Below, in pieces: positions 17,539-27,634 of a stretch of 64,000 nt of DNA. The notes below the pieces were generated by a model that did no database searches, had not been told where the DNA came from, and saw nothing but the letters and a program-made list of their open reading frames with translations. Every line of letters starts with the position of its first letter. The stretch's first letter is position 1. The DNA is from an uncultured Clostridium sp. (GTDB lineage Bacteria; Bacillota; Clostridia; TANB77; CAG-508), in the NCBI GenBank assembly GCA_964370265.1, contig CAYJIP010000001.1, forward strand, positions 130,828 to 194,827, written 5' to 3'. The position numbers were made by a program, and so were the translations under genes.

Positions 17539-18429
17539 ATGAAAATAGGTTTTGATATAGGTGGGAGCCACATATCTGCAGGATTAATAGATGATGAATA
17601 TAAAATAATAGAGAAACAAGAAATTAGTTTAAAAGAAATTAGTAATGAAGAATTAATTAAATATATTGAAAAAAATATAATTGAAATATATACAAAATAT
17701 TCTGAAAAATACGAAATAACTAAAATAGGTATTTCAATTCCTGGAACAGTAGAAAAAAATTATATAAAAAAGGCAGTAAATTTAGATATTGAAAATTATG
17801 ATTTGAAATTTAACTTAGAAAAAGTAGTGAAATGTGAAATCGTGATAAGAAATGATGTGAAAAATTCAGCATTAGCAGAATTAGAATTTGGTAATTTACA
17901 AAATAAAAAAAGAAATGTATTTTTAACTTTAGGTACTGGAATAGGTGGAGCAGTTATTATTGATAATAAGGTTTTAGAAGGATCTGAGTTTGGACATATG
18001 ATAATAAATCAAAATGGATTAGATTGTAGTTGTGGAAATAAAGGGTGTTGGGAGCAATATGCCTCAATGAAAGCTTTCAAAAAAATGGTAGTAGAACAAT
18101 ATAACAATGGGGAATATATAAATAGTAAAGAAATATTAGATTTATTAAATGATAAAAAGATAAAGAGAAACAATGAAGATATATATTTAGAAAAAATAGT
18201 GGATAAGTATATTGAAAACATATTAGTTGGACTAATAAATATTATAAATATATTAGAACCAGATATTATTGGATTAGGTGGAAGTTTTTCATATTTTGAA
18301 GATATTTTTATACCAAAACTAAACAAAAAAATTCAGTCAGAAAGATTAACATTAAATAATAGAAAAGATATTGAAATTGTTTCAGCTAAATTAAAAAATG
18401 ATGCAGGAATAATTGGAGCAGTATTGTAA
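17539..18429 (+). CDS. ROK-family glucokinase
   Basis: 296 aa. IGFDIGGSHISAG, LGTGIGGAVI and the ROK zinc motif GHMII...GLDCSCGNKGCWEQYAS. Confidence 0.8.
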   Translation: MKIGFDIGGSHISAGLIDDEYKIIEKQEISLKEISNEELIKYIEKNIIEIYTKYSEKYEITKIGISIPGTVEKNYIKKAVNLDIENYDLKFNLEKVVKCEIVIRNDVKNSALAELEFGNLQNKKRNVFLTLGTGIGGAVIIDNKVLEGSEFGHMIINQNGLDCSCGNKGCWEQYASMKAFKKMVVEQYNNGEYINSKEILDLLNDKKIKRNNEDIYLEKIVDKYIENILVGLINIINILEPDIIGLGGSFSYFEDIFIPKLNKKIQSERLTLNNRKDIEIVSAKLKNDAGIIGAVL

Positions 18430-18463
18430 TTAAAATAAAAAACACAAAAATAAACTAAAAGAC

Positions 18464-18492
18464 TTGATTTTTGTATATAAATCTGTTAAAAT
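18464..18492 (+). promoter_or_regulatory. Sigma-A-type promoter of rpsB-tsf
   Basis: TTGATT (18464-18469), 17 nt, TAAAAT (18487-18492), with TG at -15/-14. A ~105-nt leader follows. Confidence 0.55.
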
Positions 18493-18599
18493 ATATAGCG
18501 TATTAATCACATGAAGTTAGTTTTTTAGGGTGTGCTTAGAAATAAGTCCTAGTAAAATTATGACTTTATGGAAGTATAACAAATAAGGAGGAAATTAAA

Positions 18600-19382
18600 A
18601 TGGCAGTAGTAGCAATGAAGCAATTACTAGAAGCAGGTGTTCACTTTGGACATCAAACAAGAAGATGGGATCCGAAAATGGCAGAATACATTTTCCAAGC
18701 GAGAAATGGAATTCACATTATCGATTTACAAAAAACATCTAAAAAATTAGATGAAGCATATTCTTTTATAAAAGAACAAGCTGAAGAAGGGAAAACAGTT
18801 TTATTTGTTGGAACTAAAAAACAAGCTCAAGAATGTATGAAAGAAGCAGCTATCAAATCAGGAATGTTCTATGTTGATCAAAGATGGTTAGGTGGAATGT
18901 TAACAAACTTTGGAACAATCCAAACAAGAATTAAAAGATTAAAAGCATTAGAAACAATGCAAGAAGATGGTACTTTTGAAGTATTACCTAAAAAAGAAGT
19001 TATAATTCTTAAAAAAGAAATGGAAAAATTAGAAAAAAATCTTGGTGGAATCAAAAACATGGAAGCATTACCAGGAGTTATATTCTTAGTTGATCCTAAA
19101 AAAGAAAGAATAGCTATATTAGAAGCTAAAAAATTAGGAATTCCAGTTGTTGGTTTAGTAGACACAAACTGTAACCCTGAAGAATTAGATTATGCTATTC
19201 CAGGAAATGATGATGCGATAAGAGCTGTTAAATTAATAGCAGATGTTATGGCTAACGCAGTTATTGAAGGAAGACAAGGTGAAAGCTTTGAAACAGAAAT
19301 GCAAGAAGAAGTTTCAGAAGTAAACGCTGAAGAAAGTATAGAAGAAGTTGTAGCAGCTGAAGATACAGTTGCAGCTGAATAA
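18600..19382 (+). CDS. rpsB: 30S ribosomal protein S2
   Basis: [27 protein letters not shown]... is unmistakably S2, with an acidic C-terminal tail. Confidence 0.97.
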   Translation: MAVVAMKQLLEAGVHFGHQTRRWDPKMAEYIFQARNGIHIIDLQKTSKKLDEAYSFIKEQAEEGKTVLFVGTKKQAQECMKEAAIKSGMFYVDQRWLGGMLTNFGTIQTRIKRLKALETMQEDGTFEVLPKKEVIILKKEMEKLEKNLGGIKNMEALPGVIFLVDPKKERIAILEAKKLGIPVVGLVDTNCNPEELDYAIPGNDDAIRAVKLIADVMANAVIEGRQGESFETEMQEEVSEVNAEESIEEVVAAEDTVAAE

Positions 19383-19466
19383 GAATAAAAATAATGAGGC
19401 AATCTTAATTAAATAGGAAAACTATTAATAAGATGTCTCTTTTTAAATATAAAAGGAGGAAATAAA

Positions 19467-20345
19467 ATGGTATCAGCAAGTGTAGTTAAAGAATTAAGAG
19501 AAAAAACAGGTGCAGGGATGATGGACTGTAAAAAAGTTTTAACAGAAACTAACGGAGATATGGAAAAAGCAATTGAATTATTAAGAGAAAGAGGAATTGC
19601 AAAAGCAGCTAAAAAATCAGGAAGAGTAGCAGCAGAAGGAATAGTTGAAGCATATATTTCAGAAGATGGAAAAACAGGAGCAATAGTTGAAGTTAACTCT
19701 GAAACAGATTTCGTTGCTAAAAATGAAGAATTTAAAAACTTTGTTATGAATATAGCTAAACAAGTTGTTATAAACAACCCAACAACTGTAGAAGAATTAT
19801 TGGCTCAAGAATCAATAGAAGTTGCAGGAAAAACTGTAAGTGAAGTATTAGTAGAAAAAATAGCTACTATAGGAGAAAACATGAACATCAGAAGATTCGA
19901 AAGATTTGAATCAGAAGGATTAGTTCAAAAATATATCCATGGTGACGGTAAAATAGCTGTTTTAGTTAATATGTCAAAAGGTAACGCAGAAGTTGCAAAA
20001 GATGTATGTATGCAAATAGCAGCAGCTAAAGCTGAATATTTAAAAAGAGAAGAAGTTCCAGCTGAAAGAGTTGAAAAAGAAATCGAAATTTTAAAAGTTC
20101 AAGCTATGAATGAAGGAAAACCAGCTCAAATAGCTGAAAAAATAGTTCAAGGTAGAATTGGAAAATTCTATGAAGAAATCTGTTTAGTAGACCAAGCATT
20201 TGTTAAAGATCCAAGTATAAAAGTATCAGATTTATTAAAAAATAATGATGCTGATATAGTTGCTTATGCAAGATTTGAAAAAGGTGAAGGAATTGAAAAA
20301 CAAGAAACAAACTTTGCTGAAGAAGTAATGAGTCAATTAAAATAA
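19467..20345 (+). CDS. tsf: Elongation factor Ts
   Basis: SASVVKELREKTGAGMMDCKKVL...TDFVAKNEEF is unmistakably EF-Ts. Confidence 0.97.
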   Translation: MVSASVVKELREKTGAGMMDCKKVLTETNGDMEKAIELLRERGIAKAAKKSGRVAAEGIVEAYISEDGKTGAIVEVNSETDFVAKNEEFKNFVMNIAKQVVINNPTTVEELLAQESIEVAGKTVSEVLVEKIATIGENMNIRRFERFESEGLVQKYIHGDGKIAVLVNMSKGNAEVAKDVCMQIAAAKAEYLKREEVPAERVEKEIEILKVQAMNEGKPAQIAEKIVQGRIGKFYEEICLVDQAFVKDPSIKVSDLLKNNDADIVAYARFEKGEGIEKQETNFAEEVMSQLK

Positions 20346-20420
20346 GAAATTATAAAATAGGATATTATTCTTAAGATTGTATTGAGAATAATAGAATATA
20401 AAGACATAAAGTCAATAGTT

Positions 20421-20459
20421 GGGGTGGAAAATATTAAAAGTTTTCTACCTCTTATTTTG
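20421..20459 (+). terminator. Intrinsic terminator after tsf
   Basis: ggtggaaaa tattaaaag ttttctacc followed by tcttatttt. Confidence 0.55.
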
Positions 20460-20672
20460 TCGTAAAATAGTTTTGAACTTGAAAATGACATTTGGGATAA
20501 ATAGGAAAATAATTAATGAATTAAATATTAAGAAAAAGTTAAATATTTATTAGTATTTTATTAAAAAAACACCAAAAATTCAGTTAAAAATCTTAAAAAC
20601 TAATGTATTTTTTTTTGATTTATGATAAAATACAAAAAGTTAAATATAAATAGAATAAGGAGTGTGGAAAAT

Positions 20673-21380
20673 TTGTCAGGAGCAAAATATAAAAGAGTGT
20701 TACTTAAGTTAAGTGGTGAAGTATTAGCAGGTGAAAACAAATTTGGAGTAGATGCAGATACAGTTGGAGAAATATGTGATAAAATAAAAGAAATTACTGA
20801 TATGGGAGTAGAAGTAGCTATAGTTGTAGGTGGTGGAAATTTCTGGAGAGGTAGAAATGGACATCAAATGGAAAGAACTACAGCAGACTATATGGGAATG
20901 CTTGCAACAGGTATGAATGGTTTAGCACTTCAAGATGCTTTAGAAGCAAGAGGAGTATATTCAAGAGTACAAACAGCAATTGAGATGAGAGAAATCGCAG
21001 AACCATATATACAAAGAAAAGCTGATAAACATTTAAGAAAAGGTAGAGTTGTAATATTTGCATGTGGTACAGGACACCCATATTTCACAACAGATACAGC
21101 AGCATCATTAAGAGCTGTTGAAACTAAATGTGAAATCTTATTATTAGGTAAAAATATAGATGGAGTTTACTCGGCAGATCCTAAAAAAGATCCAACAGCA
21201 GTTAAATATGAAGAAATAACATATTTAGAAGTTTTAGAAAAAGACTTGAAAGTTATGGATTCAACAGCAACAGCAATGTGTAGAGATAATAATATTCCTT
21301 TACTAGTATTTGGAATTAATGACCCAGAAAATATGATAAGAGCTGTTAAAGGTGAAAAAATAGGTACAATAGTAAAATAA
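20673..21380 (+). CDS. pyrH: UMP kinase
   Basis: [22 protein letters not shown] and MDSTA motifs. Start proposed at the TTG 9 nt after RBS aaggag. The ORF-track ATG at 20622 adds an implausible 17-aa extension. Confidence 0.9.
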   Translation: MSGAKYKRVLLKLSGEVLAGENKFGVDADTVGEICDKIKEITDMGVEVAIVVGGGNFWRGRNGHQMERTTADYMGMLATGMNGLALQDALEARGVYSRVQTAIEMREIAEPYIQRKADKHLRKGRVVIFACGTGHPYFTTDTAASLRAVETKCEILLLGKNIDGVYSADPKKDPTAVKYEEITYLEVLEKDLKVMDSTATAMCRDNNIPLLVFGINDPENMIRAVKGEKIGTIVK

Positions 21381-21423
21381 ATATTTTTATCAATTAAAGA
21401 AAAAAGAAAAAATAGACAAAAAC

Positions 21424-21462
21424 AAAAAAAGATAAATGAAAATAAAAAAGATAAATGAAAAC
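21424..21462. repeat. 19-bp A-rich direct repeat x2
   Basis: aaaaaaagataaatgaaaa occurs twice in tandem in the pyrH-frr spacer. Confidence 0.6.
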
Positions 21463-21507
21463 AAAAAAGTTGATTTTGAAAATAATATAAATTTGGAGGT
21501 TATAAAA

Positions 21508-22056
21508 ATGGATTATACAAGTATAAAAGATAAAATGCAAAAAACAATAAGTGTTTATGAAGAAAAGTTAAGTGAAATAAGAGCGGGGAGAGCAAATCCA
21601 GCTATATTAAATAAAGTGAGAATAGATTATTATGGTACACCAACACCAATTAATCAAATGGCAGGAGTTTCAGTTCCAGAAGCAAGATTAATAGTTATAC
21701 AACCATGGGATGCAAGTGTTTTAAAAGATATAGAAAAAGCTATATTGGCATCAGATATAGGGATTAACCCAAATAATGATGGAAAAGTAATAAGATTATC
21801 TTTCCCAGAGTTAAATGAAGAAAGAAGAAAAGAAATAGTTAAAGATGTTAGAAAAATGGCAGAAGAAACTAAAGTAGCAATTAGATCAGTAAGAAGAGAA
21901 GGAATCGATGAAGCAAAAGCTATGCAAAAAGAATCTTTAATGACAGAAGATGAATTAAAAAATGCTGAAACAGAAATTCAAAAAATAACTGATAAAAATA
22001 TAGAAGAAGTTGATAAAATATTATCTAATAAAGAAAAAGAAGTAATGTCAATATAA
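21508..22056 (+). CDS. frr: Ribosome recycling factor
   Basis: MQKTISVYEEKLSEIRAGRANPAILNKV... Start set at the ATG after RBS ggaggt (the ORF track starts at 21436, inside the A-rich repeat spacer). Confidence 0.93.
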   Translation: MDYTSIKDKMQKTISVYEEKLSEIRAGRANPAILNKVRIDYYGTPTPINQMAGVSVPEARLIVIQPWDASVLKDIEKAILASDIGINPNNDGKVIRLSFPELNEERRKEIVKDVRKMAEETKVAIRSVRREGIDEAKAMQKESLMTEDELKNAETEIQKITDKNIEEVDKILSNKEKEVMSI

Positions 22057-22105
22057 TTGATTAGTATAAATTGTTTTGAAATATTAGTTTGTACAGGGAG
22101 TTAAA

Positions 22106-22999
22106 ATGGAATTTAAAGAGAAAATAAAAGAATACCAAGGAATGGTTGAGAAAGAATTAAATAAGTATTTGTTAGATGATAAAATATGTTATGAAAAAAC
22201 ATTATATGAATCTATTAGATATAGTACAATGGCAGGTGGTAAAAGGGTAAGACCGATGCTTGTTATTGCTACATATGAATTATTTGATAATAATTTTGAA
22301 AAATGTTTACCTTTTGCATCTGCTATAGAGATGGTACATAATTTCTCTTTAATCCATGATGATTTACCAGGTATTGATAATGATGATTTTAGACATGGCA
22401 AATTAACTAATCATAAAAAATTTGATGAAGCTACAGCAATTTTAGCTGGAGACAATTTGCTAAATAAAGCATATATAACAATAAGTGAAGCTCTTATAAA
22501 TGAAAAAAATTCAGATATGTTAAATAAGAAGATATTAATATTAAAAGAATTTTCAGAAGCTGTTAATAATATGATTATAGGAGAGTATGTTGATACAGAA
22601 GTTGAAGGGAAAAAAGTTGAAAAAGATTGTTTAGAATTTATTCATAAAAATAAAACAGGAGAGTTATTAAAACTTTCAGTTAGAATGGGTGCAATTTTAG
22701 GTAATGCGACAGAAGAACAATTAAACATATTAACAAAATATGCAGATAAAATTGGTTTAGCTTTTCAAATTAAAGATGACATTTTATCAGAAGAAGGTAA
22801 TGAAGAAGTCTTAGGAAAACCAGTTGGAAACGACAAGTTAATGGAAAAATGTACATATGTATCAGAATACGGATTAAATGGTGCTAAAGAAATACTTGAC
22901 AAAGTAATTAATGAAGCTATTAGCTATGTTGAAATATTTGAAGAAAAAGCTGAATTTTTAAAAGATTTGGCAATATATATTAAGAATAGAAACAAATAG
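22106..22999 (+). CDS. ispA: (2E,6E)-farnesyl/geranylgeranyl diphosphate synthase (trans-polyprenyl synthase)
   Basis: 297 aa. First Asp-rich motif LIHDDLPGIDNDDFRHGK and second motif FQIKDDILS. Confidence 0.85.
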   Translation: MEFKEKIKEYQGMVEKELNKYLLDDKICYEKTLYESIRYSTMAGGKRVRPMLVIATYELFDNNFEKCLPFASAIEMVHNFSLIHDDLPGIDNDDFRHGKLTNHKKFDEATAILAGDNLLNKAYITISEALINEKNSDMLNKKILILKEFSEAVNNMIIGEYVDTEVEGKKVEKDCLEFIHKNKTGELLKLSVRMGAILGNATEEQLNILTKYADKIGLAFQIKDDILSEEGNEEVLGKPVGNDKLMEKCTYVSEYGLNGAKEILDKVINEAISYVEIFEEKAEFLKDLAIYIKNRNK

Positions 23000-23011
23000 A
23001 AAAGAGGAAAA

Positions 23012-23725
23012 ATGGAATTTAATAAAGAACATTTACCAAAACATATTGCAATCATAATGGATGGAAATAGAAGATGGGCAAAAATCCAAGGGAAACCAGC
23101 AGCATTTGGTCATAAAGAAGGAGCAAAAACTTTAGAAAAAATAGTTAGATATGCAAAAACTATTGGTATAAAACATATATCAGTATATGCATTTTCAACT
23201 GAAAATTGGAAAAGAGCAGAGGAAGAAGTAAAAGCTTTAATGCTTTTATTGAAAAACTATTTAGATGAATATTCAAAAAAAGCAGATACAGAAAACACAA
23301 AAATTAAAGTGTTAGGTGATATAGAAGCACTTGATCCGAAATTACAAAAAAGTATTAATGAATGTATGGAAAGAACTAAAAACAATGATGGAATTACATT
23401 TAATATAGCTTTAAATTATGGTGGGAGAGATGAAATTCTTAACGCCATAAAAACAATAGGGTGTAGAATAAAAAATTCAGAAATCGATATTGAAGACATA
23501 ACAGAGGAACTAGTATCAGAATCATTATACACTAAAGGTCAACCAGACCCTGATTTAATGATAAGAACAAGCGGAGAAATTAGACTAAGTAATTTCTTAC
23601 CTTGGCAATTAGTATATTCGGAATTTTTATTTATAGAAAAAAATTGGCCAGATTTTACAGAAGATGATTTAAATGATGCAATAATAGTATATCAAAAAAG
23701 AACTAGAAAATTTGGAGCGAACTAG
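23012..23725 (+). CDS. uppS: Undecaprenyl diphosphate synthase
   Basis: HIAIIMDGNRRWA, YAFSTENWKR and IRTSGEIRLSNFLPWQ. Confidence 0.95.
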   Translation: MEFNKEHLPKHIAIIMDGNRRWAKIQGKPAAFGHKEGAKTLEKIVRYAKTIGIKHISVYAFSTENWKRAEEEVKALMLLLKNYLDEYSKKADTENTKIKVLGDIEALDPKLQKSINECMERTKNNDGITFNIALNYGGRDEILNAIKTIGCRIKNSEIDIEDITEELVSESLYTKGQPDPDLMIRTSGEIRLSNFLPWQLVYSEFLFIEKNWPDFTEDDLNDAIIVYQKRTRKFGAN

Positions 23726-23744
23726 AGAGAAAGGAAATACAAAT

Positions 23745-24548
23745 ATGAAATTTCAAAGAATAATTTCAGGTTTACTAGGTTTTCCATTAGTACTAATTAT
23801 ATTAGTATTTGGAAATAAAGTTGTTGTAGATATAGCGTTAGCGATAATAGGTATAGTGGCAATGAGTGAATACTTTAATGCAGTATCAAAAGTATGTAAG
23901 CCAATAAGATGGATAGGATATTTAAGTTGTATAAGTATTGGATTAATACATGTTATACCACCTGAATATTTGCAGATAACGTTAACAATAGGTGTTCCAG
24001 CAATAGTTATTTTACTATTTGCACATATAATAGCAACAGACATGAAAATAGATTTTAAAGATGTTGCATATACTTTAACTGGTATGATATATGTTATATT
24101 TTTTATAATGTTTATCGCTTTCATAGATGGAATGGAACATGGAAAATTATTAATATGGTATGCAATTTTTGCAGCATGGGGAACAGACACATTTGCATAC
24201 ATAGTTGGTAAATTAATAGGAAAAAGACATTTTAGTACAATAAGTCCAAAGAAAACAGTAGAAGGTTCTATTGGTGGAGTAATTGGAGCAGTAGTAATGA
24301 TGTTAATATATACATATTGTATTAACACATATTTAGGTATGAATTATTCATATGTATACATAGGAGTAATAGGAGTAATATTAAGTTTTGTAGGTCAAAT
24401 AGGAGATTTTGTAGCATCATCAATAAAAAGACATGTGGATATTAAAGATTTTAGTCACTTGATTCCAGGACATGGAGGAATATTAGATAGAATTGATAGC
24501 TTAATGTTTTTAGCACCATTTGCATATGCTTTATTTACTATAATGTGA
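23745..24548 (+). CDS. cdsA: Phosphatidate cytidylyltransferase (CDP-diglyceride synthase)
   Basis: Polytopic protein. C-terminal signature SSIKRHVDIKDFSHLIPGHGGILDRIDS. Start set at MKFQRI after RBS aaagga (the ORF track starts at 23712, overlapping uppS). Confidence 0.9.
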   Translation: MKFQRIISGLLGFPLVLIILVFGNKVVVDIALAIIGIVAMSEYFNAVSKVCKPIRWIGYLSCISIGLIHVIPPEYLQITLTIGVPAIVILLFAHIIATDMKIDFKDVAYTLTGMIYVIFFIMFIAFIDGMEHGKLLIWYAIFAAWGTDTFAYIVGKLIGKRHFSTISPKKTVEGSIGGVIGAVVMMLIYTYCINTYLGMNYSYVYIGVIGVILSFVGQIGDFVASSIKRHVDIKDFSHLIPGHGGILDRIDSLMFLAPFAYALFTIM

Positions 24549-24587
24549 TAAATATGAAATAAATTGAAGTAAACAAATATATTAAAA

Positions 24588-24632
24588 GAAGCAAATGAGA
24601 ATTATATATAGTAATTTGAATTTGCTTTTTTT
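24588..24632 (+). terminator. Probable intrinsic terminator after cdsA
   Basis: aagcaaa ... tttgctt stem (7 bp, long loop) followed by ttttt. Confidence 0.4.
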
Positions 24633-24647
24633 AGAAAAGGAGAAGAA

Positions 24648-25916
24648 ATGTTGGATTTAATATTTTCTGCAGTAAAAGTAATAGTTTTACTGGGCTTTTT
24701 AATAACAATTCATGAATTAGGGCATTTCATAGTAGCAAAACTTTGTAATGTTAAAGTGAAAAAATTTGCAATAGGATTTGGAAAAATTATATTTAAAAAA
24801 CAAGGAAAAGAGACCGAGTATTCACTTAGATTGATTCCATTGGGTGGTTTTGTGAGTATGGAAGGTGAAGAAGGTGATTCAGAAGATGAAAGATCTTTCT
24901 CGAAAGTAAATGTTTGGAAGAGAATGGCTATTGTATTAGCAGGAGCTATTGTAAATATAATATTTGCATTGTTAATATATTTTATTTTGATATTCTCATC
25001 AGGAACATATGTATCTAATGAAGTTAAAGAAGTTATCTCAGAATCAGCACTAGAAACAATAGGAGTTGAAGAAGGTGATAAAATAGTTGAATTAGATAAT
25101 AATACAATATCAAGTAAAAGTGATATAGATGAATTTATGGAAAATTCATCAGGTGAAGAAATATTAATTAAAATAGAAAAAGCAGAATCAAATACTATTC
25201 AGGAATATATGATAACACCAAAAGCGATTAAAAATATTTCTACTGGAATATATTTAGATCAAGAAGGAACTATAGTTATTGTTGATGAAGACAGTGCGGC
25301 AGATAGATCAGGAATATTAGCAAATGATAAGTTTGTAAGTATAAATGGAATAAATGTGGAAAATAGTACAGAAAAAGCATTAAATGTATTGCTAGATGAA
25401 AATGTTGTGAAAGAAAATGAAATGATTCAAATTGTGGTGAAAAGAGATGAAACAGAGGTTAATATTTCATTACAACCTGAGTATGTATATATATATCAAA
25501 TTGGAGCACAATTTGATTATGCAGAAGACAATATTATTAATAGAGCAATATATGGAGTGATGGAAACTAAAGTATTTGTAGGATCAATAATAGAAAATTT
25601 AATAAGTCTATTTACAGGAAATGTTGGAATAGAGCAAATGATGGGGCCAGTTGGAATATCAACAGTTATTGCTAAAACAGATGGTTTTAGAGAATTTTTT
25701 GAAATGATGAGTTTAATATCTTTATCATTAGGGATAACTAATTTGTTACCAATACCAGCCTTAGATGGTGGGAAAATGATATTTTTGATAACTGAAGCAA
25801 TTAGAAAAAAACCTGTAGATCCATCAATAGAAGTGAAATTTCAGTTAATTGGATTTATGTTATTAATAGGATTATCAATTTATATAACATTTAATGATAT
25901 ATTTAGAATATTTTAA
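24648..25916 (+). CDS. rseP: RIP zinc metalloprotease RseP/RasP (site-2 protease)
   Basis: 422 aa. HELGHF near the N-terminus, PDZ-like middle region, NLLPIPALDGG. Confidence 0.9.
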   Translation: MLDLIFSAVKVIVLLGFLITIHELGHFIVAKLCNVKVKKFAIGFGKIIFKKQGKETEYSLRLIPLGGFVSMEGEEGDSEDERSFSKVNVWKRMAIVLAGAIVNIIFALLIYFILIFSSGTYVSNEVKEVISESALETIGVEEGDKIVELDNNTISSKSDIDEFMENSSGEEILIKIEKAESNTIQEYMITPKAIKNISTGIYLDQEGTIVIVDEDSAADRSGILANDKFVSINGINVENSTEKALNVLLDENVVKENEMIQIVVKRDETEVNISLQPEYVYIYQIGAQFDYAEDNIINRAIYGVMETKVFVGSIIENLISLFTGNVGIEQMMGPVGISTVIAKTDGFREFFEMMSLISLSLGITNLLPIPALDGGKMIFLITEAIRKKPVDPSIEVKFQLIGFMLLIGLSIYITFNDIFRIF

Positions 25917-25965
25917 ATATACTTAAGATTATGAAAAAAGAGTTACAAATGAAAGTGAGGAATAT

Positions 25966-27498
25966 ATGAATGGTTCAAGAAAACATAAAGGAATAACATT
26001 AATAAGTTTGGTAATTACGATAATTGTTATCTTAATTTTAGCAGGAGTATCACTTGTGATGCTAGTAGGAGAAAATGGGATAATTAATCAAGCAGTAAAT
26101 GCTGAAGATGTAACAATAAAAGCAGAAGCATTAGAACGATTAAAATTAGCAATAAATGATTATCAAGTAAATAAATATGAATCAGAAACTAAGAATATAA
26201 AAGATTTTTTAGAAGATCCAGATAAATATGGATTTATAGTAGAAGGAGAAGAGTCACCATATATAGTGCATGTAGGCAAATATGAAGGAATTGTATATGA
26301 GGATGGTGAGTTTAATGAAGAAACATTTCAGCTATCTGGAAGTAGACCTAAAATCTCAAATATTAAAATCTCAAAAGATGATACAGAAAATGTAGAAGAT
26401 TATTCGATACAAAAAGGAGAATCTGTAGAAATAGAGTTTGATGTAGAAATAGATGGTGGAGAAATTAAGACAATAACTCCGAGTTTACCATATACAACTG
26501 ATGGAATTGAAGAAGAAGTAATATTTAGTATAACAACAATGGTTAACGGAATAGAAACTATTAGTAAACAAGTTGTATCAATTAAAGATAAATATGTTAA
26601 AACTCCCGTAACTTTAGAAGAAGCATTAAATATGAATATAGTAATTGCTTTTTCGAAAAATGACAATGTTGTCGTAACAGATGAATATGGAAATAATATT
26701 GAGATACCATCTGGGTTTGGAATAGCAAAAGATTCAGGACGTAATGCTACAGAAGGTATAGTAATAGAAGATGAAAATAATGGTAACCAATTTGTTTGGG
26801 TACCTGTTGGAATAATAAAAACAGGTAGTACAGAAGATGTAGAAATAAAGTTATCAAGATATCAGTTTGATGCTGAAGGAAATTGGGAATATAAAGCAGT
26901 TGGAGAAGATGTTGAAAATGCAAATACATGGAATGGAAGAGAATATTTTGAAAAAACAGATATAGATTATAAAAATGCAATTGCTATAAATATAGATGAA
27001 TTCATTGAAAAAACAGAAAATGCAGGAGGATATTATATAGCAAGATATGAAGCAAGTGATATTGACAATAATGAAATTCCAGAAAGTAAATATGATCAAA
27101 CAGTATGGAATAATGTAACACAAGCAAAGGCTTCAGAAGCTTCTATAAACATGTACAATAATGCTAATTATACTAGTGATTTGATAAATTCATTGGCATG
27201 GGATACAGCACTTACATTCATTCAAACTTTTGGACAATCTAATTATTCGCAACAAAATAGATTAGAAGGTACTGCATTAGCTACAGGTAAAGCAGAAGAT
27301 GAACAATTAAAAATTAATGACATGGCTTCGAATTTTAGAGAATGGAGTACAGAAATTTCAACTGCAGCAGGGACGCCATGTGTAAGTAGAGGTGGAAATT
27401 ATAATGGAATGACATATACAGCATGTTATAGACACGGAATAGCTATTGACAAAATAGAGACATATGTGTCTTTTAGAGCAATTATGTATTTAAATTAA
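25966..27498 (+). CDS. Modular pilin paralog: pilin-like N-terminus, Ig-like middle region, FGE/SUMF1-like C-terminal module
   Basis: 510 aa. N-terminus SRKHKG|ITLISLVITIIVILILAGVSLVML. C-terminal series GNQFVWVPVG, YYIARYEAS, VWNNVTQAKASEAS, SLAWDTALTF, INDMASNFREWSTE, VSRGGNY and VSFRAIM follows the FGE-sulfatase domain consensus order. Confidence 0.6.
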   Translation: MNGSRKHKGITLISLVITIIVILILAGVSLVMLVGENGIINQAVNAEDVTIKAEALERLKLAINDYQVNKYESETKNIKDFLEDPDKYGFIVEGEESPYIVHVGKYEGIVYEDGEFNEETFQLSGSRPKISNIKISKDDTENVEDYSIQKGESVEIEFDVEIDGGEIKTITPSLPYTTDGIEEEVIFSITTMVNGIETISKQVVSIKDKYVKTPVTLEEALNMNIVIAFSKNDNVVVTDEYGNNIEIPSGFGIAKDSGRNATEGIVIEDENNGNQFVWVPVGIIKTGSTEDVEIKLSRYQFDAEGNWEYKAVGEDVENANTWNGREYFEKTDIDYKNAIAINIDEFIEKTENAGGYYIARYEASDIDNNEIPESKYDQTVWNNVTQAKASEASINMYNNANYTSDLINSLAWDTALTFIQTFGQSNYSQQNRLEGTALATGKAEDEQLKINDMASNFREWSTEISTAAGTPCVSRGGNYNGMTYTACYRHGIAIDKIETYVSFRAIMYLN

Positions 27499-27552
27499 AA
27501 AAATATCCTTAAATTTGATTGAAAATAAAGTAAAAAAATACTAGTAAAACAT

Positions 27553-27581
27553 TTGACAAAAGAAAAGTTTTAATAGATAAT
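27553..27581 (+). promoter_or_regulatory. Sigma-A-type promoter of glgP
   Basis: TTGACA (27553-27558), 17 nt, GATAAT (27576-27581). Confidence 0.55.
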
Positions 27582-27634
27582 ATAAACAGAGAATTTACTG
27601 TAGAAAAAAGTGAAAAATACAAAGGAGGACAAAA

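Noticed and set aside
18493-18599. Structured rpsB leader (possible S2 autoregulatory element). catgaagt ... actttatg can pair.
   Set aside because: The complementarity is short and imperfect. I cannot fold or compare it to a covariance model here, so it is not reported as a feature.
23753-24328. 191-aa ORF antisense to cdsA. Similar antisense ORFs include 19409-19777 (versus tsf), 18878-19165 and 19190-19402 (versus rpsB), 49384-49695 and 49792-50163 (versus the permease), 62140-62562 (versus yvcK-like), 4063-4449 (versus spoVAC) and 9901-10350 (versus pilD).
   Set aside because: They fully overlap well-supported genes on the other strand and lack RBS/promoter context. Their translations are hydrophobic or low-complexity mirror images of the sense proteins.
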